A DNA stretch of 64,000 nucleotides from Octopus bimaculoides (taxonomy: Eukaryota), in the NCBI RefSeq assembly GCF_001194135.2, contig NC_069000.1, positions 569,657 through 633,656 of the forward strand. The letters run 5' to 3'. Shown piece by piece: positions 11,290-22,205 of this stretch. The number at the start of each line of letters is the position of its first letter. Positions within the stretch are counted from its first letter, which is position 1. The notes beneath the pieces are model-generated. The model saw only the letters and a program-made list of their open reading frames with translations. It did no database searches and was not told the DNA's origin. A program made the translations under genes and the position numbers.

Positions 11290-13235
11290 GGATTGCGAAG
11301 GAAGACTTGCCATTGATATAGAAGAGAAGGAAGTGATGCAGAAGCAACTTTACGAGAGGCTGTTGAATATGCAGAATGCATGGGAGAAAGAGGGATAAAC
11401 TGACGCTGAACCTAAAGCGGGGCCAGAAATTGAAATTGACAGCAACATTGTAGATAATGCAATTAAGGAGATGAAGAGAAGAAAATCAGGTATAGTTGCA
11501 GAGAGGCTCAAAATATTCAGTGAGATTGGATGCAGGATTACGAATCCAGTTAATAATGTTATCCAAGAAGGAGTCGTACCTTTTGTATAACTGGAGTGAG
11601 AGCATCAATAAAGGCAAAGAGAGAGCGGCAAGTGAAGGGGAATCAAACCACCAGATCAGGCTAGAAAGGTCAGAGAGAGAGAGAGAGAGAGGGAGAGGGA
11701 GAAGGATAGCACAATTAAGCCATGATGGAAGACACCTTGATGAGATGCAGTTTGGGTTCATGCATGGAGGAAGTGCCAAAGAAAGCACTCGACTAAAAAC
11801 AGACTGCTGTTCCTGGTATTTGACGGTCACTAAGGAAACTGAATGAAGAAGATTCGTTTGTGACAGGCTAAGTACAAGGACAAGAAATGGAGAGTCAATA
11901 ATAATTGCAGGGAGGAATTTGAGGTGAGGGTTGGAGTTCATCAAGGATCACTTTTCAGTCCCCACCTATTCATCGTAATGCAATCAGGCCATCCATGGGA
12001 ACATCTGTGGATAATCTAATTCTCATAGCTGAATCTAGAGGAAATTCCAGGCATGGAAGCTAAACCGAGAACTGAGAGATTTTATGGTAAACTTAGCAAG
12101 GTTTTGGTAAGAAAGAAGACAGGACTGTGGTCCCTTCTGGGAAATGGCCTTGCTCAATATGGAGGAAAGGAGTAGTTATAAACTCCATAAGCTGTACTCA
12201 ATTTAAGCCATGGACACACAAGTAGCAAAACCACACGTAGGCTATCAGGGAACAGAAGCTTCATGTGTGATGGATGCACCAGAGCAGTACAGAGCACGTA
12301 CATAAAAGCTGAAATGGCTCCCTCAAAGTAGTTGATAGCTTTAATTACAAGGGAGATGTAATAAGCAAAGGAGGTGGTTGCTCTGAAAGTAGCCAGAGTG
12401 AGTTCAGGAAGTTATAACTGCTGCTGGCAACAAAGGTCTTTTCCCACAGAGTGTACAATGCTTGTGTTAGAACTGTAATGCTGCATGGTAGTGAGACATG
12501 GGCCTTGAACAGATAGGACTCGAGAAGAACTGGAAAGAAATGAAGCTATCAACTCCTTGCACAGTAATATCTGCTCTGCTTCTGTTTCAACTAATTTTGA
12601 AAATAATCAAGAATTTAACCAAATATTATTAAACTGAGTTTTGAAACATTGGGCCTCACCGAGGCAATGACAAGTGACCGAGACCTTTGGAGATATGCTG
12701 TGCTTGAGAAGACCCAGCAAGCCAAATGAGACCATAACTGTGGCCTCTGCCAGGGCTGTGCAACCGGGCCATTTAAGAGTACTCTTCAATCATTGGACAA
12801 TAAACTACACTTGCGAAGACCTGTTGAGGCAAGTGAAATCGAAATTGAACCCCATTCGATGACTGGCACTTGTGCCAGTGGAGCACTAACAGCACCGTCC
12901 GAGTGTGATCAATGCCAGAGCAGCTGTCTGGCTTCCGTGCCAGTGGCACATAAATAGCAGCATTTGAGCATGATCGTTACCAGTGTCGCTTTGCTGGCAC
13001 ATTAGAAAACATTTGAGCGAGGCCGTTGCCAGTGCCGCTTGACTGGCTCCTGTGCAGGTGGCACATAAAAGACACCAAGCCTGGTGTAGCGATCTGGTTT
13101 CACCAGTCCTCAGTCAAATCGTCCAANNNNNNNNNNAAAGACACCAAGCCTGGTGTAGCGATCTGGTTTCACCAGTCCTCAGTCAAATCGTCCAACCCAT
13201 GCTAGCATGGAAAGCGGACGTTAAACGATGATGAT
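11290..13235 (+). mobile_element. Degenerate 5'-truncated RTE-clade non-LTR retrotransposon (RT remnant, ORF2 C-terminus, 3'UTR, GAT tail)
   Basis: Broken frames encode [31 protein letters not shown] and a decayed (YA)DDL region. The C-terminus reads LGLTEAMTSDRDLWRYAVLEK. A 3'UTR with gactggc..gtgcc.gtggcac repeats and a ttaaacgatgatgat tail follow. Confidence 0.85.
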
Positions 13236-13237
13236 AT

Positions 13238-13318
13238 GAAGTTATTGTGTGAAAGTATGTTAAATACATCCGTTACAGCACTTCTCTTCTGTACAAGCAG
13301 ACACTAAACGAAGATGAT
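13238..13318 (-). mobile_element. Short Helitron helicase-end/3' flank fragment
   Basis: aagttattgtgtgaaagtatgt..aaatacatccgttacagca is nearly identical to 32337-32379, which adjoins the Helitron helicase C-terminus. Confidence 0.65.
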
Positions 13319-13364
13319 AAAGAAAGTTTTAATTTAGATCACTTCAAAAGACAGTTTGTAACAC

Positions 13365-13560
13365 AGAACCAGGGTTGATCTTAGGCAGGTTGACAGTTAA
13401 TCCCTCATCAACCTCAACTGAGAAGATCTATGATCAAAGGCATTCCAGCCATGACCACCTTTTTCCAATGCATTATTTTTTAAAGAAGGTAGTGTGTGAT
13501 TTGAAGAAGGTTGGGCTGCTATTTCTAGTATTTTAAGTGACCACTTAGAGAGGCTCAGCT
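13365..13560 (+). repeat. Dispersed repeat family C (unclassified; gatcaaaggcattccagccatgacc ... gatttggctgctatttctagc)
   Basis: The same motif blocks recur in more than 15 places in both orientations, e.g. near 11020-11240, 19520-19930, 34580-34780, 49330-49640, 50060-50272, 53935-54170, 58810-59000, 60235-60440 and 63480-63860. Confidence 0.8.
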
Positions 13561-15261
13561 ATAGAAATCTGATGCAGGTCAGCAATGTTACGGTTTTGTG
13601 TCTCAACATGTCAGGAACAATTTTGAGGTTTTAACAATAACTTGTCGTTCTTAATATGACGATGCATCTAAGTAATATACAAGAAAATCTACACCCATCA
13701 TTCTGTTTTTTTTTTTCCATGAAAAACTAACGGTTGACTGAGTTTAGAAAAAGCAGCTGACAAAGCTCAAGCTGTTTGCCTCGGCAACAATAGACTTGAC
13801 AACAGTCTTTGTATAAAGCTGCCGATTGCAGATGGACACACAAAGCCGTTCACATACACACACACACACATACATACACACAACTGAATACAGAAAAACT
13901 TGTCAATGTTACTCCCTTTTATCTTGTTTCTTTTCATTTTTTTTAAATATTTTTTTTGTTATTTTTAGTTATAACTTGAAAAAGAAACTTTGGAGTAATT
14001 ACTTTGTGATGTAGTGGCATTAATCCTTTCCTGACCATTTTTCCAATGAAAACAGACTGTTATTGTGTTTTGATTGATTTTGAAAATGAAGAAGAAATTA
14101 GAGCAACTTCATAAAATAATCAACTTAGTTATTTCATTAACACACATACACACAATAGGCTTCTTACAGTTTTCAGCTTCCGGATTCACTTACAAGGCTT
14201 TGGTTGGCCCAGGGCTATAGTAGAAGACATTTGCGCCCAAGGTCCCTGTGCATATATATATATATACACACACACACGCACACACATAGTTTAATAACTA
14301 GAGGTAGCAATGTCTCATAGGCTATGACTGACAATATGGTCCACATCTTGCATAACATGGTGGCCTGTTTTGTTGGGAAGGACTGACAACTATTAACTGA
14401 GTTGTGCTAAATTATCTACAATTTAATTCACAAGGAAGAGGGGACCCCTGCAGTGTAAACCAGGATAATGACCTTGATTTCACATAATAAGAGTAAGGTT
14501 TTTTTCTTCCGAGTGAATAAAGAACTACATTGACAGACAAGCTTCAGGAGAGGCTGCGGCATTGAGGACTAGAATTTCAACATATGTCTTGTAATTGTTT
14601 CTGATTCAGAAACAAAGCCAGCAATTTTTAAGATATATCATCAAACCCAGTACTTGACTGGTACTTTATTTTATCAACCCTGAAAGCATGAAAGACATAT
14701 TTGCTCCCAGCAGGATTTGAACACAAAACACAAAGAGCCAAACGAAATTTTTGCTAATACAGTTACAAAACCTAAAACAGAATTTGATATTGTTATTGTG
14801 TTTTATGCCAATGGTGTCCCTACGGAGTGGGCAGATTAAGGCTCATGTGCAACCCAACCATGGCCACCCTTCAACAAATTCCATTGTCTAACAAACAAGG
14901 CATTAAAAATAAAAACTGCTGAATGCAAAAAACATTCAGGTCTCTTCTAGACCAGAACCCCACCCCACCAACTAAACTGTAATAATATCTTTTTAATTAT
15001 ATTAATTTAACATTAATTAGTTATAAGCAATATAATTAAACTAGGACAACAGAAAAATGTTTAAGAAAAACTGTTATAAAAGAAAAAATATGAATCGGAG
15101 AATTTACTAATTCATGGCAAGGTGAACCACTAAAGCTGGTGTATGTGTGCGTGGCAGCGGTGGTGGCCAGGTTACAATTTCGATGGATTTTCTAATTTCT
15201 GATTCACAAGAAGGTCATTAACCGCTTCATTACAACAACAACAACAACATTACTAATAATA

Positions 15262-15424
15262 ATTCTTTCTGCTATAGGCACAAGGCCTGAAATTTGGGAG
15301 GAGGGGACTAGTCGATTACCACGACCCCGAAAGGACGAAAGGAAAAGTCGACCTCGGCGGAGTTTGAACTCAGAACGTAGCGGCAGATGAAATACCGCTA
15401 ACGACTCTACCAGCTCACCGCCTT
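15262..15424 (-). mobile_element. tRNA-derived SINE family A, CpG-rich copy
   Basis: Minus strand has an A-box-like ctggtagagtcg, a B-box gagttcaaactcc and a core gtcgacttttcctttcgtcctttcgggg, next to an (AAT)n tail. Confidence 0.8.
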
Positions 15425-15459
15425 AAATAATAATAATAATAATTGGGCCGAAGGAATGT

Positions 15460-15570
15460 CCGGCTGGTATTTACTTTATCAACACCGAAAAGATGAAAGG
15501 CAAAGTCGACTTCGGCAGAATTTGAACTCAGAACGTATAGACGAGCGAAATGCCGCTAAGCATTTTGTCG
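15460..15570 (-). mobile_element. SINE family A, partial
   Basis: gaaagatgaaaggcaaagtcgacttcggcagaatttgaactcagaacg core plus B box. Confidence 0.75.
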
Positions 15571-15660
15571 ATAAATTAGTAGGGTCCATTAAGTACCTGT
15601 GAAACAATGAAGTCGATGCAATTGACAAATCCCCATAATTTCAGGCCTTTAGTAGAAAAG

Positions 15661-15741
15661 GGCGAAGGTAAAGAATGCGCACGTTTTCGACGTTTAGGGT
15701 CATGACGAAAACGGGTGGCGTGCGTATTCTGTATCTCCGCC
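15661..15741. mobile_element. 81-bp MITE with 23-bp TIRs and perfect 9-bp TSD (gtagaaaag)
   Basis: TIRs ggcgaaggtaaagaatgcgcacg and the reverse complement of cgtgcgtattctgtatctccgcc match at 19/23. TSD copies at 15652-15660 and 15742-15750. Inserted in a SINE A tail. Confidence 0.85.
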
Positions 15742-16349
15742 GTAGAAAAGATTATTATTATTAATGGTTTCAAATTTTGGTACAGGGTCTGTAGTTTTTA
15801 TGGGGGGGGGGACTCACCAACTTAATAATGATAATGCTTTGTATAGTTGTCAAGCAAGTGACTTGACTTGAGACTGCGTGTTAATAAAGCCGCAATATGA
15901 GAGAGGAGTAACCAATTTAAGCATTTGACTACACCCAAGGCTTAAAATTTAGGTCGTAGTTGTGGGACAAAACGTCGATACCTCATTAAATAAACTGAAA
16001 GTAAATTTTACAATTCCACGTGTTATTAAACGACTCAATAATAATAATAATAATACTTATTACTGTGAATGTGACCATAATGAATAATACCTATTACTGT
16101 GAAAGGCACAAGATTTGGAATTTGGGGGTGGGTGCTTAGTTGATTACATCGTTCCTAGTACTTAACTGGCACTTAATTTATCGACCCTGAACGATAAAAG
16201 GCAAAGTCAACCTCAACAGAATTTGAACTCAGAACGACAAATGCCGCAAAGTATTTTGTCTGACACTCCATTGTGGATAAATAGGGTTGTGGGTTGGTAA
16301 AATGTTGTAACGGGATTAGGAGAAAAAAAAGGAAAACAATTAGTCCTTA

Positions 16350-19275
16350 CCTTAAGCACAGGTGAAAGAGGGACCAGCTCAGACGGTAAAATCAAACAGG
16401 AGAATGTCCACAACAGAGAGAGAGAGACAATGCTTCGTTCGTTTCTGGCTGTTGGTGCTCACTGACGACATCTACTTCCGGTAAAATGTTAAGAACGACC
16501 GTGGGCCCCCATTTCACCCGCAACTTGATCTCAAGAACATTTATATTAACCAGTCTAACGAAGATGGTAAATAAGGGAATGTGAAAATGACACCGGCAAC
16601 CACCGCACACGGCAGGAACAACAAGAAAAACATTTCCTCGTTCACCCAACTCTTCGATTATTTCTGTCTTTGGACACAATTGAAAAACCCAGCCTCTCCC
16701 CTATTCTCTCGCTCCCACATCATCTTAAAGTTGCTCGTTCAGCCAAGACAGACGCCGCTCCTTCGGTGACCGTGAAATCGCAGAACTCGCCTCAGATTCT
16801 TCTCGTCTGCCATCACACTTCATTATCTGATGCGCTGATATCTCTCCATGAATATCCATCATGTAACAGGGTATCAATCAACCTCCACTTTACCCACTGG
16901 GACGTACACCTTCGATCTGAATAGATTCAAGTCCGTCCTCTCTTCCAGCACCAGCTGATACTATGTTCGAATGTCTCATTGGAACACAACTCCCTGGGAC
17001 ACTATTTCCTCCACCTGGACTGTCTGAGGCAACATTTCGTACCAGAACACTGCTTCCATCGGGACGATATACCTTCTTTCGGCTATGGCTTTGATTGTTC
17101 AACAGTGTTTCTCTGTTTCCATTTGCATTCAGCCTATGCGCTGCTCTAAAGTAGCGCCTTGTAGGGCACTGCCGGCTAGCTAGGGAGCTGGTCTGCAGCG
17201 AAGTTGGAGGTGACTGTCGCCCTCGTGTGTTTAACTAAATAAATCTTTCACCAACACATTCCGGGTCTCTGTTAATTTTCTTTTTTGTGTGTGTGTAGGT
17301 TAACTAATGAAAATGAAACGAAACGAAAACCTTGCGGCGACAGCAGCGGACCCCACCACCGAAGAGCAACAGCTTTCGCTTCGTACAGCGAAGTAAGCAG
17401 ACATGCTGGCTGTCCATCTAGGTGTCCGCCACTTTCGCTATTTTCTTGACAGCCGCACGTTTAAAGTGTTCAGAAACCTCTCACCCTTGCTATGAGCAAG
17501 CTCTGAGAGCCTTGGTTTGCACGCCTGCAACGATAGGCCATTGGCCTGGAAAGGGCAACCTAGTCGCTGACGCGCGCTCTCGATGCCCCACCTGCTCTCA
17601 CACCTACCTAGTCCCAATAACGGAAGACGGGGATTACGAAGCTATAGCTGCAGACGGCATACAAAGATAGAAAACAAAGATGTGTCGGAGACAAACAACG
17701 GGCATCTATTGCAGGGGAGGGGGTTCCATACTGCTGTGATTACGAATGTAAAGTTAATAATGAAAAAGTGTTATGAGTTTAAAATTTTTAATGAGTATGA
17801 AGTTAAAATTAATTCATATATAAATTTTTCTCCCGGGAAAATTTCAACCCGCTAGATTTGAACCTTCGTTTTTTCCTTATTTGGGGCCAAAAAGAAATTG
17901 TTTCCCTCCTTCTTCTTCATTGACCGGCTACACCAGCACGGCCCACGCTACGAGGCAGGTCCTTCCTCTCCAGACGGATCTTCCTCACGAGGTGGAAGTT
18001 GAACCGGCTTTCCAATCCCTGTCCGGAGATTAAGTAACCTGTCTCAGTCCCTTTTTCCGCGTGTCCTCCACACTGTCTCTTTCAGTATGGCTACTACGCA
18101 GAAGAAAGCTGCCTGCCTTTCCTTGTTAAGAAGGTGGGGAGGCGGTACAATCTTAACTACGGACTCAGTGGAGAGCCGTACTCTTTCCCATCCGACATCA
18201 GCTACCAACCATCTCCACGGCACCCTTTGTTTAGATCCTCTTCTCTCGAGCAATTACTGGTCCAACCCCATCAAAGCCCGAAACTGAACCAGTTCAGCTT
18301 TGGACATCACTTCAAAGCTGTGTTTATTCCCTTCCAAGTGGCGTCCATTTCACCTACATTTATATCGTTGTTATGTTGTGTGATTCCGGTTGAGCTGCAC
18401 ATTTTCTGGTAAATTTAGTCTTTAAAATTAAGACTCACTCTGTAGGGTCCCTTTCTCTGGTCAGAGGAAAAAGGGTAGCCGATGGATATTGAAAAGGAGG
18501 CAGAGAACTTGCCATAGTTAATAGAATTCAGAGGGTTTTAAAGGCTTTCGCATTTGGTCAACAACACGGCAGAAACGAAAAGAAAAAAAATTCTGTTTGG
18601 TTTATCGTTAAAGTGTGTGTGTGGGGCGGGGCGGATAATGTGAAACAAATTACTAATACGAGGTGGGGGTCGGGGTGTATTCGTTAGTTGAAGCCCTCCT
18701 GCCCGACACTGGTATTTATTTGGTTTAATGATTAATCCAGCGCTGTTAATAATTAACTAACTTTAGTAATTTACTCTCTCTCTCACACACACAAACGCGC
18801 GCACGTGCGCACACATTTGAGGTTTGCAGAAAGCATAAAATTAATTAGAAATAATTACATGCCGAAGAGGCGGGGGATCTATATTAATAAATAATATTTT
18901 AATTACTATTTCGACAAATACGGACAACAACGGTAAGATATGTTTCAGGCAAGTCAAGTTGGGAGGTTGATAATAAAATATGTTTTACATCAGCGACCCG
19001 ACCCGACGTGTGTATCTAGGATTTATTTGAACGACGCTCTCCCATTTCCATGACACCGGTTGCACAGCATATGCAGTAACGTAAAACTTGTTTTTACCGT
19101 ACACCGGTCGACATATTTTCCCATGTGACGATATATATATATACAATATATATACATATATACACACACACTTCTGATCAACCCACATGTAGCAGATAAC
19201 GAAACCATGCATTAAAAGGCCGTTTTTTCTTCTTTCTAATAATTTTAAGACTTCGTTTTATTTAAACTGTTTCAG
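16350..19275. promoter_or_regulatory. CpG-rich promoter/5' region upstream of PPOX, probably bidirectional
   Basis: CpG density is visibly higher than in the rest of the window. ETS-type ACTTCCGG at 16474-16481. Minus-strand donor (ttaag|gtaagg) at 16351. Plus-strand donor (aacg|gtaaga) at 18932. Confidence 0.55.
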
Positions 19276-19293
19276 AAGTTGTGCAAAGGAAAG

Positions 19294-19377
19294 ATGAGTA
19301 CTGCCGTAGTTTTAGGGGGAGGCATAAGTGGATTGTCTGCTGCCTATTATTTACGCAACATACCGAAATTTTCCAAA
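19294..19377 (+). CDS. PPOX: Protoporphyrinogen oxidase, coding exon 1
   Basis: MSTAVVLGGGISGLSAAYYLRNIPKFSK with the FAD-binding GxGxxG motif. Acceptor ttcag at 19275; donor gtaagt at 19378. Confidence 0.95.
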
Positions 19378-20824
19378 GTAAGTGTTGTTCGTTTATTCGT
19401 GTTTCACTATTTCGCTGGTCTCCTCTTTATCAGTCGATCTATCGCTAAATAGTTCAATAATAATAAGATCAACCTATCTACGCGTAATGGCCATCTTTCT
19501 AGAAGCAATATATAGTATTGTTTAACCACAGGTCAACCATGATCCAGCAGACCTGTGAACAGTGACGTTCCAGCCGTGTCATTCTCGTTTATTTATTTAT
19601 TTATTTTTTAATCAGGTGTTATCCGGGATTGCATTAAGCTGTCCTTCCTCTCTTGAAGATCGTAGTATTATGATCTGGGAGCAACTGACTGATATTTCGT
19701 TAGTGTCGAACAAAATGCCGTATTTTAAGATCTATAAAATGAAGCACCGGTGGGTATTGTTTGACCCCGATCTGCGCTGAGAGTGCGTCGACCTATATGA
19801 TCAAAGAGATTCTCGGTTATATAATCCGTCTCGTTTATGTTTTTGTCATCTCGTTCTCTTTCCATTTATTTCAAGAAGGCAGGATGTGATTTGAGGAAGG
19901 TTTAGTTGTTATTTCCAGTGGATCAAGGTTCTCTTGTTGATTCGGTGAGTCACTAGAAGTAGGATAGGTATATTAATCGCTATATTTACCCCTCTTTCTA
20001 AAGAAAAAAAATCACTGTGGATAAATGCCAGCAATGACCTTCTCAGTTTTCTAAATTATAAACAGAAATAATGGGGGGGGGCGGGGAATGGGGTTGAAAA
20101 AATCATAAATTTTCAATTTTTTTTTNNNNNNNNNNNNNNNNNNNNNNNNNNNNNNNNNNNNNNNNNNNNNNNNNNNNNNNNNNNNNNNNNNNNNNNNNNN
20201 NNNNNNNNNNNNNNNNNNNNNNNNNNNNNNNNNNNNNNNNNNNNNNNNNNNNNNNNNNNNNNNNNNNNNNNNNNNNNNNNNNNNNNNNNNNNNNNNNNNN
20301 NNNNNNNNNNNNNNNNNNNNNNNNNNNNNNNNNNNNNNNNNNNNNNNNNNNNNNNNNNNNNNNNNNNNNNNNNNNNNNNNNNNNNNNNNNNNNNNNGAAT
20401 TTTGCGAAACTCCTCTCCCCAGCCTTCCGCAAGAATTTTTGGTAACAAATCTCTATAAACTCTGAATCTACAGCATTTAAGTAGTATTTGTTGAAAATTT
20501 CGTTAAAAAGTATCCATTTTTCTGGAAGTTATGAGGCAACAAAGTCGGTGGTGGATCCCCGTCTGCCGTTATGACAGACTTGTTAGGTTATTCGAGTTGG
20601 TTTAACCCGCCAGACAAAATGCCAACATTTCGTCTATCTTTTTACGTTCTGAGTTCAAATGCCACCAAGGTTGACTTTACCTTTCATACTTTCAAAGTTG
20701 ATGAAATAAGGGACCAGTTGAGCAAAATTTCAGGTTATGTGATGATTATTATTATTATTATTACTATTATTATTATTATTACTATTATTATTACTATTAT
20801 TATTATTATTATTATTATTATTAA

Positions 20825-20998
20825 GGTGATGAGCTGGCAGAATCGCTAGCACACTGGGCAAAATGCCTGGCGGTATTTCGTCTGCGTTTTACCTTCTGAG
20901 TTCAAATTCCGCCGAGGTCGACTTTACCTCTCATCCTTTCAGGGTCGATAAAATAAGTACCAGTTGAGCACTGGGGTCGATGTAATCCCCACCTCCCC
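20825..20998 (+). mobile_element. SINE family A, CpG-rich copy (PPOX intron 1)
   Basis: gagctggcagaatcgctagc (A box), gagttcaaattcc (B box), core gtcgactttacctctcatcctttcagggtcgataaaataagtaccag. Neighbouring copies at about 20560-20730 and 21032-21195. Confidence 0.85.
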
Positions 20999-21479
20999 TC
21001 AGCTGCCTTTGAAATCATTATTATTCTGTCAGGTGGTGAGCTGGCAGAATTGTTAGCACACTGAAGTGAAATGCTTGGCAGTATTTTGTCCGTCTTCAAC
21101 CTCCATCAAGGTCAGTTTTGCCTTTCATCCTTTTGGGGTCGATAAATTAAGTACCAGTTGAACACTGGGTTGATGTAATCGACTCTCCTCCTCCCCACCA
21201 AATACAATGACATATATATATATATTCAACAGTGAATAAACACCATTGTCCTCTTCTACAGTGAACATCATATGTTCTGGGTGAGTGCTGCACTGAATTA
21301 CAACTCCCTAATTGTAATTCAGCTTGAAATCAGAGTAAAGTCATCTGGTTGGTTGGTTGGCTGGTTGGATGCCTGCACAAGAACCTAAACATTGTATTTC
21401 GACAAGAGAAATAGGTTCAGCACAGCTGCACATCCTACAATAATAAACACGATAGGTCCCTAATAGGGAGTTGCTGGAC

Positions 21480-21780
21480 ATGATTCTTGACATTTTTAAT
21501 TCCATTAGTTGATACGTGGAAGAATAGAAATCGTGAATTTGGTAGAAGTTACAGTTTGTCTGTTGACTTCCGTATTCAAGTGTTGGGTGTGCAAATATAG
21601 GCAGGTTGTGCAAGTGACAATAAGCTTGAAATAGATGAGAGGGTGGGTCCTTGTGGTAGTACGGCAGGGAATTATAAATCTTTGGTGGTTCTTTTACATA
21701 ATCTTGGCGATCTAAGCATTTGAATAGAACCCCAAATCCAAAGAAGCTGTGTCTTGGATCTGAGAGAAAGGCAGTTGACT
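21480..21780 (-). mobile_element. Possible old CR1/L2-like LINE RT C-terminal remnant
   Basis: Minus frames give G(D)LGVLF-like and LPIFAHPTLEYGSQ segments resembling the DLGV...RPxLEY motifs. Heavily decayed. Confidence 0.35.
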
Positions 21781-21983
21781 AGTGTTTACCTAAAATATCT
21801 ACTTAGAAGCAGATGTGCTTAAGTCCTGTAAAGTTTGTCTCTATTTAACTCACATAATTTGACAGAATATTTAAAAACTGTTATTGTTGTTTGGGAAAAG
21901 AATTTTCCATACAAACTGGTTTCTATAGGGTGTTAGTGTCAACACACTGCAATTTAACTGGCTGCTGCTGTTAATGATAACAT

Positions 21984-22205
21984 TAATCCTTTCTACTGTA
22001 GGCACAAGGCCTGAAATTTTGTGGGGAGGGGGATAGTCAATAACATCGAACCCCAGTGTTTCACTGGTACTTCATTTATTAACCCTGAAAGGATGAAAGG
22101 CAAAGTCAACCTTGGCAGGATTTGAACTCAGAATGTAAAGACGGATGAAATGCCTCTAAAAGCATTCTGTCAGGCATGCTAGCGGTTCTTCCAGCTTGCT
22201 GCCTT
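21984..22205 (-). mobile_element. SINE family A, CpG-depleted copy (PPOX intron 1)
   Basis: Full tail-core-head layout in reverse orientation: gaaaggatgaaaggcaaagtcaaccttggcaggatttgaactcag. Confidence 0.85.

Noticed and set aside
13077-13195. Apparent tandem duplication of about 58 bp
   Set aside because: Identical copies flank a 10-N gap. The same pattern occurs at 56217-56282 and 63107-63220, so this is an assembly overlap artefact.
16640-16665. gaagagttggg on minus resembles telomerase RNA P6.1
   Set aside because: The pairing half is missing, and no CUAACCCU template lies nearby.
18160-18200. GSPLSP resembling an RT motif
   Set aside because: It is followed at once by a stop and no YADD-like motif follows. 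All frames have a near-random stop density.
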